Shown here: positions 18,242-27,810 of the stretch, piece after piece
How the letters are laid out: each line of letters begins with the position of its first letter
Position numbering within the stretch: position 1 is the stretch's first letter
Source of the DNA: a virus
Lineage: Duplodnaviria; Caudoviricetes
Direction: 5' to 3' (one strand)
Length of the DNA stretch: 53,520 nucleotides
Virus record (IMG/VR): IMGVR_UViG_3300046011_008859
Span: 1-53,520 of that record
Translations under genes and position numbers: made by a program
The notes under the pieces: model-generated
Told to the model about the DNA's origin: nothing
Database searches by the model: none
What the model saw: the letters and a program-made list of their open reading frames with translations, nothing else

Positions 18242-20913
18242 TAGAAAGTCCTCCGAGTCCTGTCGGTTGGAAGCATTCTACCCTTTACCTGGACCCCCAC
18301 CAGCCGATATTCCACGTTGGGCAGGAAGATCTCCACCCCCGGCGAGAACCACTGGCCGAGATATCCGTGCTTCCCGAAGGCAGCCCAGTGGGAACTGTCG
18401 CCACGCAGGATCGACTTCTCTACTTCCGACCCCGCAGAGTTGGTGGGGTAAGCCGCCATCAACGGTTCCTTGTCATTCTCACGGTACAGCAGGGCTTTCC
18501 ACTGCCGGGGGCCGATTTCCTTGCCAACGTTCACCTTCACGTCGGAGAATACGGCCCCCATGCTGCTGGGCTGCTTGACCACGAACTCCTCTGCCTTGTC
18601 CTCGCTCATACGCAGCGGGTTCCCGACCCACTTCAGGTAGATGGGATCCAGCGCCACGATGTCCCAGCTCTTCAGCAAGGATTCGCTGGGCACGTAGATC
18701 GTCACCCAAGAAGGTCCAGCGTCGTAGATGATGCCCTTCTCGCCCTTGGCTCCCCCGCTCAGGCAATAGACCCAACTTCCGATCTGCCGCATTGCCAAGA
18801 GGTTCGTGCCGGCCCCGAACGGATTGGAGCTTGCAGAAGAAAGACGCAGACCCTTGTTCGTGTAAGTCTGGCGGGTGCAGCTTGCGTCATACTGCTGGAA
18901 CGTCGTGGATACCTGGGCCCCTACCTGGGCCATGTGGTCGCCCGCGTACTCCAACATGTAAACCGGAGGCTCGGCGGAGGGGTCCGGGTACGTCTTGTCC
19001 CCGTAGGTTCGGCAAGGCATGAACACCGCCGGCCGGAAAGACGTGTTAGTCACGGCGTCCGGGAATGGCGCGTTCTTCAGGAACAGCGCGCGCGGCACCA
19101 GCTGCCCGTCCGTGTCCTTCCACCACCCGCCCGTCACCTTCGCGAATCCCGTGTCCTGCAGCTCCGTCACGCTGCCCGTCGAGAACCAGAACTGCACCGC
19201 CTGCTCGCGGGTGGGGTTCAGGATGTACAGGCACAGGGTCGCCGGATCGAACGCCATGCTCACCTTCGTGAGCTCTTGCGCGCCCGTGGTGCCCGAGTAC
19301 CACTCATCGATAATCAGGTCATCCACTGCCTGCACGTCGTCCAGCCGTCCGTCCGGGTACACCGCCTTCAGGCCCCGGTAGTTGACGTAGTACGTCACGG
19401 GCCCAACGGTCGCAGCCGCATACGGCCCGACCACGCCGTACCCGGCATGGGCCGCCACGACCCGGATGAACCCGTTGTCCTTGCTGAAGAACTGCACGCC
19501 GTTCCGCGTCAGTCCCGCCATCATCTGCCCGGTGCGCTTGAACACCGTCACCGCATCGCCCACGTTCGACGGACGGAACTCTCCTCGTGCCGTGAACAGC
19601 TCGACGCTCTCGTCTGTGCTCGAACTCCACCGAGTCTCGCCGGTCCCGGTCAGGTCCCCCGCGCTCTCGCTGATGTTCCCCACCAGCATCGTGCTGTCGA
19701 ACAGAGCACCAGCCCCGCCCTTCGGCATCGTCTCGTAGAAGCTCGGCTTGTTCAGGAACACGTCCTGCATCACCAGCGCGCTGTCCGTCAGCTGGTACGC
19801 GTACCGCCAGTACTTGATGCTTCCTCCCGTTGGGGGAGTTCCGGCAATGATTGTGTTCGCTTCCTCATAAGTAATGTCGAAGTCATCGATCGCAACCCTT
19901 GCCTCGAGCTGAAGGATCCCGCCCGTGTACGCGCCGGCGGCGTTGTCCGTCTTCACGCTCCGGTAGATGGCGACCGTGTCGAAACGGCTCGAGTCCACCA
20001 CGCCCGTGATGAAGATGCGGTGCGGATTGGAAAACGTCATGTCGACGTTGTTGCAGATCTGGCTCTTTCTCCCGCTCCTGCTGTCTTCGTACTGGACCGC
20101 AAGGCTGTACGAGCCACCCGGCAGGAGGGGAGCGCTCGACAGGTTGCTGACGGTCTCCAAGTGCGACCCGGTCGGGTTGTGTGACGTGTACGCAAACACG
20201 ACGGAACCAGGCGCGTTAGACTCATTGATCGGATCCGGAAAGTCGGCAAGCGCATACGTCGAATTGGAGCTGAAGTCCGATCCGAAGTTCTTGCCGTTGA
20301 TCCGCTTGCCGGGTCCGGCATTAGGGATCACGGTCACGCTCGTGGTCGTTGAGTTCTCCGCACGGAAGTACACCGCTCTCGGGGCGGATCCACGGATGAA
20401 GACGTAGACCGCCTTGCTGGTCGTCTCGACGCTCATTACCGCCTTGCCGTTGTTCGACAGCAATCCGGCGTCTGTCATTCCTTCCTTCAGGATCACCGTC
20501 TTCCAGCTGGGGGTCGTGCTTCCGTTCGGAGCTTCGTACTCCATCATCAGGTCGTATAAATCGTTGCACGCCGGAGTCTCCAGGTCGCTGGGTCTTCGGA
20601 CCACATACACGAATCCCCACACCCGCGTGCTTGCACCTGCGATCACGCTGAAGGACCAGAAGTCCACGACCTTGCAGCGGTGCGCCTTGTTCTCGTAGTG
20701 ATTGCTCAAAGCCCACCCAAGCGCAGTCTCGGGCGCGAATCGGTGCATCTCCCGGAAGCCAGGGAACGGCTTGATCCCTCCCTCGACCGAACCGTCCACC
20801 CCCACCAGCTCCGCAGCAAATCCGGGCATGACGCCCGTACGGGAGGTCGCCTTGCTCTCGGTGATCTTGAGCAGCGAATAAGGCCAGATGATGTCCGTCT
20901 CGGGTACCTGCAT
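18241..20913 (-). CDS. Tail tubular/nozzle-like (stabilisation) protein
   Basis: 890 aa beta-rich; N-terminal GGIKPFPGF; GYGVVGPYAA..VGPVTYYVNYRG propeller-like pattern; position after the adaptor. Confidence 0.6.
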   Translation of the reverse strand: MQVPETDIIWPYSLLKITESKATSRTGVMPGFAAELVGVDGSVEGGIKPFPGFREMHRFAPETALGWALSNHYENKAHRCKVVDFWSFSVIAGASTRVWGFVYVVRRPSDLETPACNDLYDLMMEYEAPNGSTTPSWKTVILKEGMTDAGLLSNNGKAVMSVETTSKAVYVFIRGSAPRAVYFRAENSTTTSVTVIPNAGPGKRINGKNFGSDFSSNSTYALADFPDPINESNAPGSVVFAYTSHNPTGSHLETVSNLSSAPLLPGGSYSLAVQYEDSRSGRKSQICNNVDMTFSNPHRIFITGVVDSSRFDTVAIYRSVKTDNAAGAYTGGILQLEARVAIDDFDITYEEANTIIAGTPPTGGSIKYWRYAYQLTDSALVMQDVFLNKPSFYETMPKGGAGALFDSTMLVGNISESAGDLTGTGETRWSSSTDESVELFTARGEFRPSNVGDAVTVFKRTGQMMAGLTRNGVQFFSKDNGFIRVVAAHAGYGVVGPYAAATVGPVTYYVNYRGLKAVYPDGRLDDVQAVDDLIIDEWYSGTTGAQELTKVSMAFDPATLCLYILNPTREQAVQFWFSTGSVTELQDTGFAKVTGGWWKDTDGQLVPRALFLKNAPFPDAVTNTSFRPAVFMPCRTYGDKTYPDPSAEPPVYMLEYAGDHMAQVGAQVSTTFQQYDASCTRQTYTNKGLRLSSASSNPFGAGTNLLAMRQIGSWVYCLSGGAKGEKGIIYDAGPSWVTIYVPSESLLKSWDIVALDPIYLKWVGNPLRMSEDKAEEFVVKQPSSMGAVFSDVKVNVGKEIGPRQWKALLYRENDKEPLMAAYPTNSAGSEVEKSILRGDSSHWAAFGKHGYLGQWFSPGVEIFLPNVEYRLVGVQVKGRMLPTDRTRRTF

Positions 20914-20922
20914 TGCTTGATC

Positions 20923-21264
20923 CTACTGCCCAACCGGCCATTTCCCCAGCGGACACGTAACCGCCGGCATTTCCCACTTCACCTGCAGCCTGCTCCGTTC
21001 CCACTTGGGACACCCGCAGTTCTTGCAGTACCACGCATCCCCGTCCACCTCGAGCCCCTCGCAACCGAAGCACGCCGCTTTCCTAGTCTCGATCACTGGC
21101 AAAGGAACGCTTCCTACCAGCGCGCTGGCCTCCGCTTTTGCGTATTCCATCGCCTTCCTGACGATCCCGGTCTTCTCCGACGAGATAACGGACAGCTCTC
21201 CCGTCTCCATGTTCTGCCGAAGGACATAGGTCCACATGCCGGAAGAGATCTTGAATTCCTTCAC
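20923..21264 (-). CDS. Small Cys-rich protein
   Basis: CFGC...YCKNCGC...CPLGKW. Confidence 0.7.
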   Translation of the reverse strand: MKEFKISSGMWTYVLRQNMETGELSVISSEKTGIVRKAMEYAKAEASALVGSVPLPVIETRKAACFGCEGLEVDGDAWYCKNCGCPKWERSRLQVKWEMPAVTCPLGKWPVGQ

Positions 21265-22784
21265 AGCTCTGCCCTCAATCTTCCGTTGATCGACTGCGTC
21301 ATCTCCAAGACGATGTCAGCCTGTGGGACGCAAATAAGAGTTTCTTCCGTAGAGATCAGGTAAGAAACAGTTCCGTTGACACATACCACTATGTTCGTCG
21401 GATCGCAATTGCAGTCACTCCATCGACAAACCCAATCGTTTCCTTCAAATTGACACGTAAAGGGTGAAAAGTTGCATACTCCAGATGCGCCGCTCCAGTC
21501 CACGTTAGGGGGAGGAGGGAAGCATGGGTCTTCCGGGCCATTGAAGGGAATGCAACCGATGCAACCCCAAGTATCCGTCCTATTCGTGACGGCTCCGAAA
21601 GCGTTTATGCAACCTTCGCTCTCTCCGGGGATCACATACTGCTGAGTTACAACCGAAGGCCGTTCGTTCTGCTGCCAAAGAGACGTGTTCAGTCCCAGAT
21701 ACGTAGAAGACAGGGACTGAAACGCGCCAAAGGCAAGACTGCTCGAAGTCAACTTTGGATACCAACCTTGAAGAAGCCAAGCGGTGAACCCGTTTACGTT
21801 GGGACCATATCCGAACGAAGATGCGTTGAACTGGACGTTCCAGAAAGAACCCCTGGCCTGATACCCAGGAATACCCATGGCAATCCTGTCGCCAACGTCC
21901 GCGATGAGAACCCTCTTGATGCAACCCTGTCCGAATGGATCAGTCCTGACAGGCCTGAGATCGAATACGAGAGCAGCAGACGTGCTGGACATGACCGATG
22001 CGGAGAACAATCCAGACGCATTGATGCTTGAGACGGCAGAAGCAACCGTCCCTGAGTAGACAGTTGTGTTTCCTTGCGCGTTCGTCAGCCTGATCTCTCC
22101 ACCAGCAACCTCCAGAATCCATGGATCGCTGGACGGACTTGCGGAAGTCCTGACGATCTGAAGCCCAAAGACGCTGGCAGTCACGACTGCGACCCATTCG
22201 ATCGCAAAGGACGAAGACACCACTGGTGGGGCGGAGTTCGTCACCGGGTCACCACTGACCATCTTGTCGAAAACCGCTACTTGGTCCTCACCGCAACAAG
22301 TTCCATTGGCACCTGTTTCGTTCTTGGTCACGGGATCCACGAATTCAAGTCCTTGATTGTGAACCCTTGATCTTGAAGAGAGGTTGTAAGTGGTCCGCTT
22401 CTGTCTCCAGCTTTGCGTCGTCGCGATGACTACGCTCGTGTTTGTCCTCGTGATCGCACCCAATCCAACCACGCTGCCTGATTGAATCGTCGTTGCTCCC
22501 TTTGTCCAGACTGCCTCTCCTTCGCAAGTGCCGTCTACGTCAAGGGCATAAAGCCTGGTAGCCGAAGAAAAGAACTCAGCGGTGTTTATCCAATTGACGT
22601 TGGAAGTGACGAGAAGACAATTCGGATTGTTGTTCGTGTACGTGCTCTTGAAAAACTGACCTGCGTACGAGAAGTTCTGTCGTTCCAGGAACGTGCATCT
22701 CACGCGCACGAAAGGACACTCCGGAATCTCAGCATCCGGTTCCCCGGTCGAACAGCAACTGGACCTGATCAAGCCCCCCAACAT
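21261..22784 (-). CDS. Cys-rich putative tail/receptor-binding protein
   Basis: MLGGLIRSSCC start coupled by TGATG; Cys clusters at both ends; visibly lower GC than its neighbours. Confidence 0.6.
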   Translation of the reverse strand: MLGGLIRSSCCSTGEPDAEIPECPFVRVRCTFLERQNFSYAGQFFKSTYTNNNPNCLLVTSNVNWINTAEFFSSATRLYALDVDGTCEGEAVWTKGATTIQSGSVVGLGAITRTNTSVVIATTQSWRQKRTTYNLSSRSRVHNQGLEFVDPVTKNETGANGTCCGEDQVAVFDKMVSGDPVTNSAPPVVSSSFAIEWVAVVTASVFGLQIVRTSASPSSDPWILEVAGGEIRLTNAQGNTTVYSGTVASAVSSINASGLFSASVMSSTSAALVFDLRPVRTDPFGQGCIKRVLIADVGDRIAMGIPGYQARGSFWNVQFNASSFGYGPNVNGFTAWLLQGWYPKLTSSSLAFGAFQSLSSTYLGLNTSLWQQNERPSVVTQQYVIPGESEGCINAFGAVTNRTDTWGCIGCIPFNGPEDPCFPPPPNVDWSGASGVCNFSPFTCQFEGNDWVCRWSDCNCDPTNIVVCVNGTVSYLISTEETLICVPQADIVLEMTQSINGRLRAEL

Positions 22785-23566
22785 CAGCAGCTTCCGTCGA
22801 TGCGGTTCGGCGCGCTGAACCAATACGTCGTGCTTCCGGTCACCTGCTCCGTGTACTCCATGCGAACCCAAGCATTCACCGGAACCGACTTTACGAAGAA
22901 GTTCGTGCCTGCCACCCTGTCCCCCGTTCCTGACTGAACCGTGTACCCATATGCGCTGGTGCTTGAATTGCCGCGTTCAAGGAGGTTGAACGCAGTCACG
23001 GGGCTTCCGGAAACCAATCCGTTGTCATATGGCTGGACGGTATACGTCCACTTCGCAAGGCTTGAATCCTTCTGGGCTGCGGTGATCTGCCCGTACACCA
23101 GCGTCGAACCGCCAGTCCCCCCACCTGCCGCGTAGTTGACGATCGCGGTCCCTGCATCCTCGGTCACGCTCACCAGTCCGGTACCCGTGAACCGTACCGT
23201 GTCGATGTTCGCGTAAGTGGCCGGCTCTCCTCCCCCATCCAAGTCCGTCTCGACCGTGATCGTCGTCCCTGCCCCTCCAGGTCCTCCAACCGGGATGGTG
23301 GGGAACGTGATCGGCGGGAACACGATCGGCGGAAAAATCCCGCTCCCATCCGGCCCGCCCGTGATCGAAATGCCGGGCAGCGTGATCGTCGTGCCGGGCA
23401 ACGGCGGAATTCCGATCGGAGGGAACGTCAGGTCGCTGTACCCGCTCGGGCGGTTGAGCGATGGGATCATCGCACTCCCATCTCCTCCACGTTCCATCAA
23501 GCCGGGGAAACGACGGGCAACTTGCCAGCGCGTGGTCCGGAAGTCGTTGTCGTCTCCGAGGGGCAT
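22784..23566 (-). CDS. Putative tail protein with FPPI/Pro-Gly linker
   Basis: 260-aa ORF coupled to both neighbours by TGATG. Confidence 0.6.
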   Translation of the reverse strand: MPLGDDNDFRTTRWQVARRFPGLMERGGDGSAMIPSLNRPSGYSDLTFPPIGIPPLPGTTITLPGISITGGPDGSGIFPPIVFPPITFPTIPVGGPGGAGTTITVETDLDGGGEPATYANIDTVRFTGTGLVSVTEDAGTAIVNYAAGGGTGGSTLVYGQITAAQKDSSLAKWTYTVQPYDNGLVSGSPVTAFNLLERGNSSTSAYGYTVQSGTGDRVAGTNFFVKSVPVNAWVRMEYTEQVTGSTTYWFSAPNRIDGSC

Positions 23567-24504
23567 CAGATCCTCCAGGTCTGGCCGAGCTGGTTGTCCA
23601 CCGTGTCCTTCTCGAAGTGCTTCGGCGTCCGCATCTGGATGTTGCTGTAGTGATCCATCAGCGTCTTCATCGCATCGCGGTACTGCGCCTGGATCATCCC
23701 GAAGTGCTCGCCGGTGGTCTTTCTGTACCCAGCCAGCTTCATCGCGCCCGCCGCAGCAAGCGCTTCGTACAGCGGTTCGCTTCCCTCCGGCGCGATCTCA
23801 AGGGCCGTCAGGTTTCCGGCGGCGTTGTGAACGAACGGTCGGCGGAAAGTAGCAATCCACTGCCCGGCAACCGTACCCGGATTCCACGAAGCAATCATCC
23901 TCTCCTCGATGACCCCGGTGTTTGCGGTTGGAAGCAGCCTGAGCATCTGCCCGACATACGCACTTGGCCTGCGATCGACGGACCCCACCAGCCCTGTCAG
24001 CGTGCCGAGCGTGAAAGTCACCTGGTCCTTGTTCCCGTTCAGCACGGCGCTTGTGCCTGCGCTCTGGCAGTAGAACGCCTGGTAGTCGCCGCTCGGCGTG
24101 TACCACAGTTCCAGCTCCGCGTAGTCCTCGGAAGGGTACGGAAGGAACGTGATCATGTTTCCCTCCACCTGCCAGTTCGGTCCCCGCAGGTTGTACATGT
24201 TGCGGGGCAGGGCTTCCTGGATGACCTCGCCGTTCTCCTGCAGGATGCACAGACGCCACACCTCGCCCACGCACGGGGGAAGCTGGTAGTGCTGCTGGTT
24301 CTTGGTGATCGGGAAGCTGAGCCGCTGCAGCACCGGGCTGGTCGAGCTGTTGTTCACCCGGCTCATGATGCTTGCGAACGCAGGCTGCACCACGTGCCGG
24401 ATGATGTAGTCGTCGCTGTACTTGGCCTCCATGTCGGGATCATCGAGGAACCCACGGATGCGCTCGACCACCGTCTTCAGGACACTGTTGCTTGAGTCAG
24501 CCAT
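23566..24504 (-). CDS. Head-tail adaptor / tail tubular A-like protein
   Basis: VVERIRGFLDD N-terminus, QHYQLP, ITFLPYP, ELWY and YEALAAAGA patterns of P22 gp4-like adaptors. Confidence 0.6.
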   Translation of the reverse strand: MADSSNSVLKTVVERIRGFLDDPDMEAKYSDDYIIRHVVQPAFASIMSRVNNSSTSPVLQRLSFPITKNQQHYQLPPCVGEVWRLCILQENGEVIQEALPRNMYNLRGPNWQVEGNMITFLPYPSEDYAELELWYTPSGDYQAFYCQSAGTSAVLNGNKDQVTFTLGTLTGLVGSVDRRPSAYVGQMLRLLPTANTGVIEERMIASWNPGTVAGQWIATFRRPFVHNAAGNLTALEIAPEGSEPLYEALAAAGAMKLAGYRKTTGEHFGMIQAQYRDAMKTLMDHYSNIQMRTPKHFEKDTVDNQLGQTWRI

Positions 24505-24505
24505 G

Positions 24506-25048
24506 TCAGCATGCCTTTGCCATTGAGATCAGTTCACTGACCGTGTTCCGGTACTGTTCCTCGGACTCGCTGGGGGCGGTCCACCCCACCTGCCCGTTCT
24601 CGACCTGGTGCGCTGCCTGGTCCATTCCCTTGCTGCGCATGTACTTCACCGCGTTCCTGCGGCTGTACTTGCGGTCATCGAGCATCTGACGCCTGTGCAG
24701 CGACGCCTTCCGGAGCCGTTCCCGCATCGCCGCCACCGTCTCCTCGACTGGCTTGCACCGTGCGATCAACGCCTCCCCCACCAACCTGCCGGAAGCAGGC
24801 ATGTCCGGCGGAACCGGCATCGACTCCAGCTCCAGCGCAACGGGAGTGTCGGTCTTCGTCGGCGGATAGATCCACTTCGCAAGCACCCACGTCCCGGCTT
24901 TGCGGTGGTGGTACACGAACAGGTCATGGATGCCAGTCAACTTGCGGGCGTACCGAATCCACTCGCCGTCCGGGCAGACCTCGTGCTCCTCGCCGATGGC
25001 AAGTCCTGCACAAGCCGCTTCCCATTTAGGGTCGAACGTGATTTCCAT
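24506..25048 (-). CDS. Hypothetical protein
   Basis: MEITFDPKWE... ORF with GAGGAGG upstream. Confidence 0.6.
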   Translation of the reverse strand: MEITFDPKWEAACAGLAIGEEHEVCPDGEWIRYARKLTGIHDLFVYHHRKAGTWVLAKWIYPPTKTDTPVALELESMPVPPDMPASGRLVGEALIARCKPVEETVAAMRERLRKASLHRRQMLDDRKYSRRNAVKYMRSKGMDQAAHQVENGQVGWTAPSESEEQYRNTVSELISMAKAC

Positions 25049-25053
25049 TTCGC

Positions 25054-25308
25054 TCAATCGAAACCTCCTCGCTTGCGGGACTCCCTGATCTTCGACCGGA
25101 ACTCGCCGAGCGTCATGCCGTCCGGCGGCCAAGTTCCGAACTTCCTCTTGTAGAACCCACGCTCACCCTCCGTCAGCTTCCTGCCCCTGTCCATCCCAGC
25201 CGGCTTGGACTTTGGCCTCGGCAACGGACGAAACGAAGGAGTGTCCGGAATCTTCTCCGGAGCCTTCTCCATCATCCGTGCGATCCGTGCGCGATAGCCT
25301 TCATTCAT
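25054..25308 (-). CDS. Small basic protein
   Basis: 84 aa, R/K-rich (MNEGYRARIARMMEK...). Confidence 0.55.
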   Translation of the reverse strand: MNEGYRARIARMMEKAPEKIPDTPSFRPLPRPKSKPAGMDRGRKLTEGERGFYKRKFGTWPPDGMTLGEFRSKIRESRKRGGFD

Positions 25309-25403
25309 CGCTTCTTCGCCATGACTCAATCCTACCCACGAAATCGGGGCCGGCCCTTCGACCGGCCCCTGCGGGAGTCCCTGCCCGCCCACCCCTCAGG
25401 TGG

Positions 25404-25550
25404 TCAGTAGCCCTTGGTCTTCCCGAAGGTGTTGAGCTTTCCGCCCTTCACCCTCACCTTCCTCGGCTTCAACGCGCCGCTGGTCATTCCCTTCGGCTTG
25501 ACCTTGCGGCGCACGCGCTTCTTTAACGCGGCGATCGGGTTCGGCCCCAT
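25404..25550 (-). CDS. 48-aa Lys/Arg-rich peptide (not in the ORF track)
   Basis: MGPNPIAALKKRVRRKVKPKGMTSGALKPRKVRVKGGKLNTFGKTKGY; AAGGAGG upstream. Confidence 0.6.
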   Translation of the reverse strand: MGPNPIAALKKRVRRKVKPKGMTSGALKPRKVRVKGGKLNTFGKTKGY

Positions 25551-25551
25551 G

Positions 25552-25623
25552 TCAGCATCCTCCTTTGCAGTTGCACTTGCTCATGCCACACTTCTTGCAG
25601 CCCTTGACTTTGATCTTCTTCAT
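25552..25623 (-). CDS. 23-aa Cys/Lys peptide (not in the ORF track)
   Basis: MKKIKVKGCKKCGMSKCNCKGGC; ATGA overlap with the upstream gene; stop 1 nt before the next ATG. Confidence 0.55.
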   Translation of the reverse strand: MKKIKVKGCKKCGMSKCNCKGGC

Positions 25624-25817
25624 CGGATTCCGTGCTTGTAAAGAGGGGGCAAACCGAGATCCTTGTGGGGAGAGCGAGTGGGTGCCCTTGGTCCCTTTCG
25701 CTTTTTGCCTGGAACTCCGGGAGCTTCGATGCTTCCGGGATTGACCTTGTTTCTCATGCTTGACCGGCCGATCTGGCTGGCCATGTTCCTGAATCCGTTC
25801 AACGGGTTTGGCGACAT
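25620..25817 (-). CDS. Small basic protein
   Basis: MSPNPLNGFRN...; TGATG coupling. Confidence 0.55.
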   Translation of the reverse strand: MSPNPLNGFRNMASQIGRSSMRNKVNPGSIEAPGVPGKKRKGPRAPTRSPHKDLGLPPLYKHGIR

Positions 25818-25954
25818 CACTTCCAACCTTTCTTCATCTTTGCGTACTGGCTCGGATCCACCGTGGACTCGCTCTTCGGACGGCTGATCCCAAGCCGCCT
25901 TCGCTTGTTGATGTTCCCCACCAAGCTGTTCTTGACCTTCACGCGCTTTGCCAT
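25817..25954 (-). CDS. 45-aa basic protein
   Basis: MAKRVKVKNSLVGNINKRRRLGISRPKS...; TGATG coupling. Confidence 0.6.
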   Translation of the reverse strand: MAKRVKVKNSLVGNINKRRRLGISRPKSESTVDPSQYAKMKKGWK

Positions 25955-26196
25955 CAGCAGTTCCAAGCCCTTCGTGCTTTGCGGAGCCGGCTGTTCGGAT
26001 CCCCTGCGGCCTTGGGCCACATCTTCATCTGGCCGGCGGAACGCGCGCAGAACGAATCGCGACGCGAACCGCCTTCAGGCTGCGGAGGCTTCAGGTTGCT
26101 TCCGGTGGCACGATTGTGCGCACGTCTGCCCAGCTCGCTCAGTCCGCCGAGCGGGTTCTTGTGCTTGGCCTTGAAGTTGAAGCGCTTCTTTGCCAC
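25954..26196 (-). CDS. DUF6321-like small basic phage protein
   Basis: GGLSELGRR.HNRATGSNLKPPQPEGG.RR.SFCAR...NSRLRKARRAWNC pattern. Confidence 0.7.
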   Translation of the reverse strand: MAKKRFNFKAKHKNPLGGLSELGRRAHNRATGSNLKPPQPEGGSRRDSFCARSAGQMKMWPKAAGDPNSRLRKARRAWNC

Positions 26197-26210
26197 GCAG
26201 TCAGTTTAGC

Positions 26211-26250
26211 AAAGGGAAAGGGGCGAGCCCCGAAGGACCCGCCCCTTTCT
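26211..26250 (-). terminator. Intrinsic terminator after the major capsid gene
   Basis: Minus strand GAAAGGGGCGGGTC-CTTCGG-GGCTCGCCCCTTTC-CCTTT with a cUUCGg tetraloop. Confidence 0.7.
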
Positions 26251-26265
26251 GCGTGGACGCTGCAA

Positions 26266-27771
26266 TCACTCGCCGTACTGACGGTCCTCGGCGACACCGG
26301 TCAGCTTCATGCCGGCCGGCTGATCCGGGACGAGCTGCATGCGCAGCATGCCCGGCATCTGAGCGCCTTCCGTCAGGAGGCTGTTGCCACCGCCGCTTCC
26401 CGTCCGGGTGATCGGCACCTTGACGCTGGAGTAGCCCAGCGCCGGGGCGACGAACTCGAAGGGGATGAAGGACTCGGCCTTGTCGAACTTCTGCGTGCCC
26501 TTCGGCGACGGCGGAACGTACTTCTTCCAGTTCGCGCCACCCTTGCGGAGGCCGTACACGGTGCCCGACTCGATGTAGTTCGAGGTGTAACCCGCGTACG
26601 TACGACCGTCGAAGGTGAACTTGAAGCCCTCCTGGCTGCCCTCGTTGGTGAGGGACGACAGGCGGTTGGTGCGATCGATCTGGTACTGACCGATCTTCTG
26701 GGCCTCGTAGTTCAGCCACACGCCATCGCTGGCGATGAGGCAGTCCATGTACTGGCCGTACTTCTCCTTCGCACGGTGGAACCCGCGCAGGTACTGACGG
26801 AGCTTGTGCTCAGTCAGGGTGCCGACGCTGTTCTTGAAGAACGACTTGAACTCCGGGTGGACGTCCACGTCGATTCGGTTGTTGTCGTCCGAATCGCTGC
26901 CGAGGAGGTAGCCGCTGTTCTTCAGCCAGCTGTTGATCCCGGCGATCCCGTAGCCCTTGCTGTTCGCGAAGGTCACGATGTCGTTGTTGATGATACCCGT
27001 GTCGTCCTTGCCGACAACGGTGATCGTCACGAGGTTCTCGACCTCATCGACCGCAGAAACGTACGCGCTTTTACGAGTGCCAGACGTCTCGTTCCGGCGG
27101 GTGGCACCGTTGGACGTGTAGATGTCCACGCGCATGCCGACCGCGTAACGGTCGATGTTGTTCTGGAGGGGGTTGAACGAGAAGACGCTGTTGCCGCCAG
27201 CCACGTCGATCGTGCCGCGATTGGTGATGGAACCGAGCGAGTAATTGGTGTTGTCGCTCATGTACCAGTAGTTGCACAGCGTGTGCGCGATCAGTCGGGC
27301 GTGACCCTCGAGCTTGGGCGCAAGGATCTCGCCGATGAACGCCGGGGTCGCCTCGGCCTGCATCTCACCCAGGGTGACGAGCAGGTTGGAAACCATGGCC
27401 TTCATGCCGATGCCCAGACGGTACGGACGGGCCATCGCACCATCCGAGGGATCAGGCCAAGTCTGGCTGAGGCTCTGGGTCTGGAGCTTGCTGCCCACGT
27501 TCGTCACGCCGCTGCTGTCACCGTACAGGGTGAACTCGGTGTTGGCGTTCATCTCGAGCACGCCAGCCATCGAGCCCATGTAGATCTTGAGGATCTTCAT
27601 GTCGCGGCCGATGAGGCTGGCCTGACCGACGCCCTGGCTGGTCACGGTGGTGTCACGCCATGCGGGGTCCATGGCGGGAAGGAAGACTTCGATGTTCTTG
27701 TTCAGGATCTCCTGGATCCGGTTGCTCTGCTGCGAAAACAGCGAGTTGGCTGGTGCAAACTGTGCTGGCAC
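26266..27771 (-). CDS. Major capsid protein
   Basis: 501 aa between scaffold and terminator; strongly biased codon use; HK97-type position; central insertion-like region. Confidence 0.75.
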   Translation of the reverse strand: MPAQFAPANSLFSQQSNRIQEILNKNIEVFLPAMDPAWRDTTVTSQGVGQASLIGRDMKILKIYMGSMAGVLEMNANTEFTLYGDSSGVTNVGSKLQTQSLSQTWPDPSDGAMARPYRLGIGMKAMVSNLLVTLGEMQAEATPAFIGEILAPKLEGHARLIAHTLCNYWYMSDNTNYSLGSITNRGTIDVAGGNSVFSFNPLQNNIDRYAVGMRVDIYTSNGATRRNETSGTRKSAYVSAVDEVENLVTITVVGKDDTGIINNDIVTFANSKGYGIAGINSWLKNSGYLLGSDSDDNNRIDVDVHPEFKSFFKNSVGTLTEHKLRQYLRGFHRAKEKYGQYMDCLIASDGVWLNYEAQKIGQYQIDRTNRLSSLTNEGSQEGFKFTFDGRTYAGYTSNYIESGTVYGLRKGGANWKKYVPPSPKGTQKFDKAESFIPFEFVAPALGYSSVKVPITRTGSGGGNSLLTEGAQMPGMLRMQLVPDQPAGMKLTGVAEDRQYGE

Positions 27772-27810
27772 GGTGGTTGTCTCCGGTCATTGACCGGCTA
27801 GAGGCGGAGT

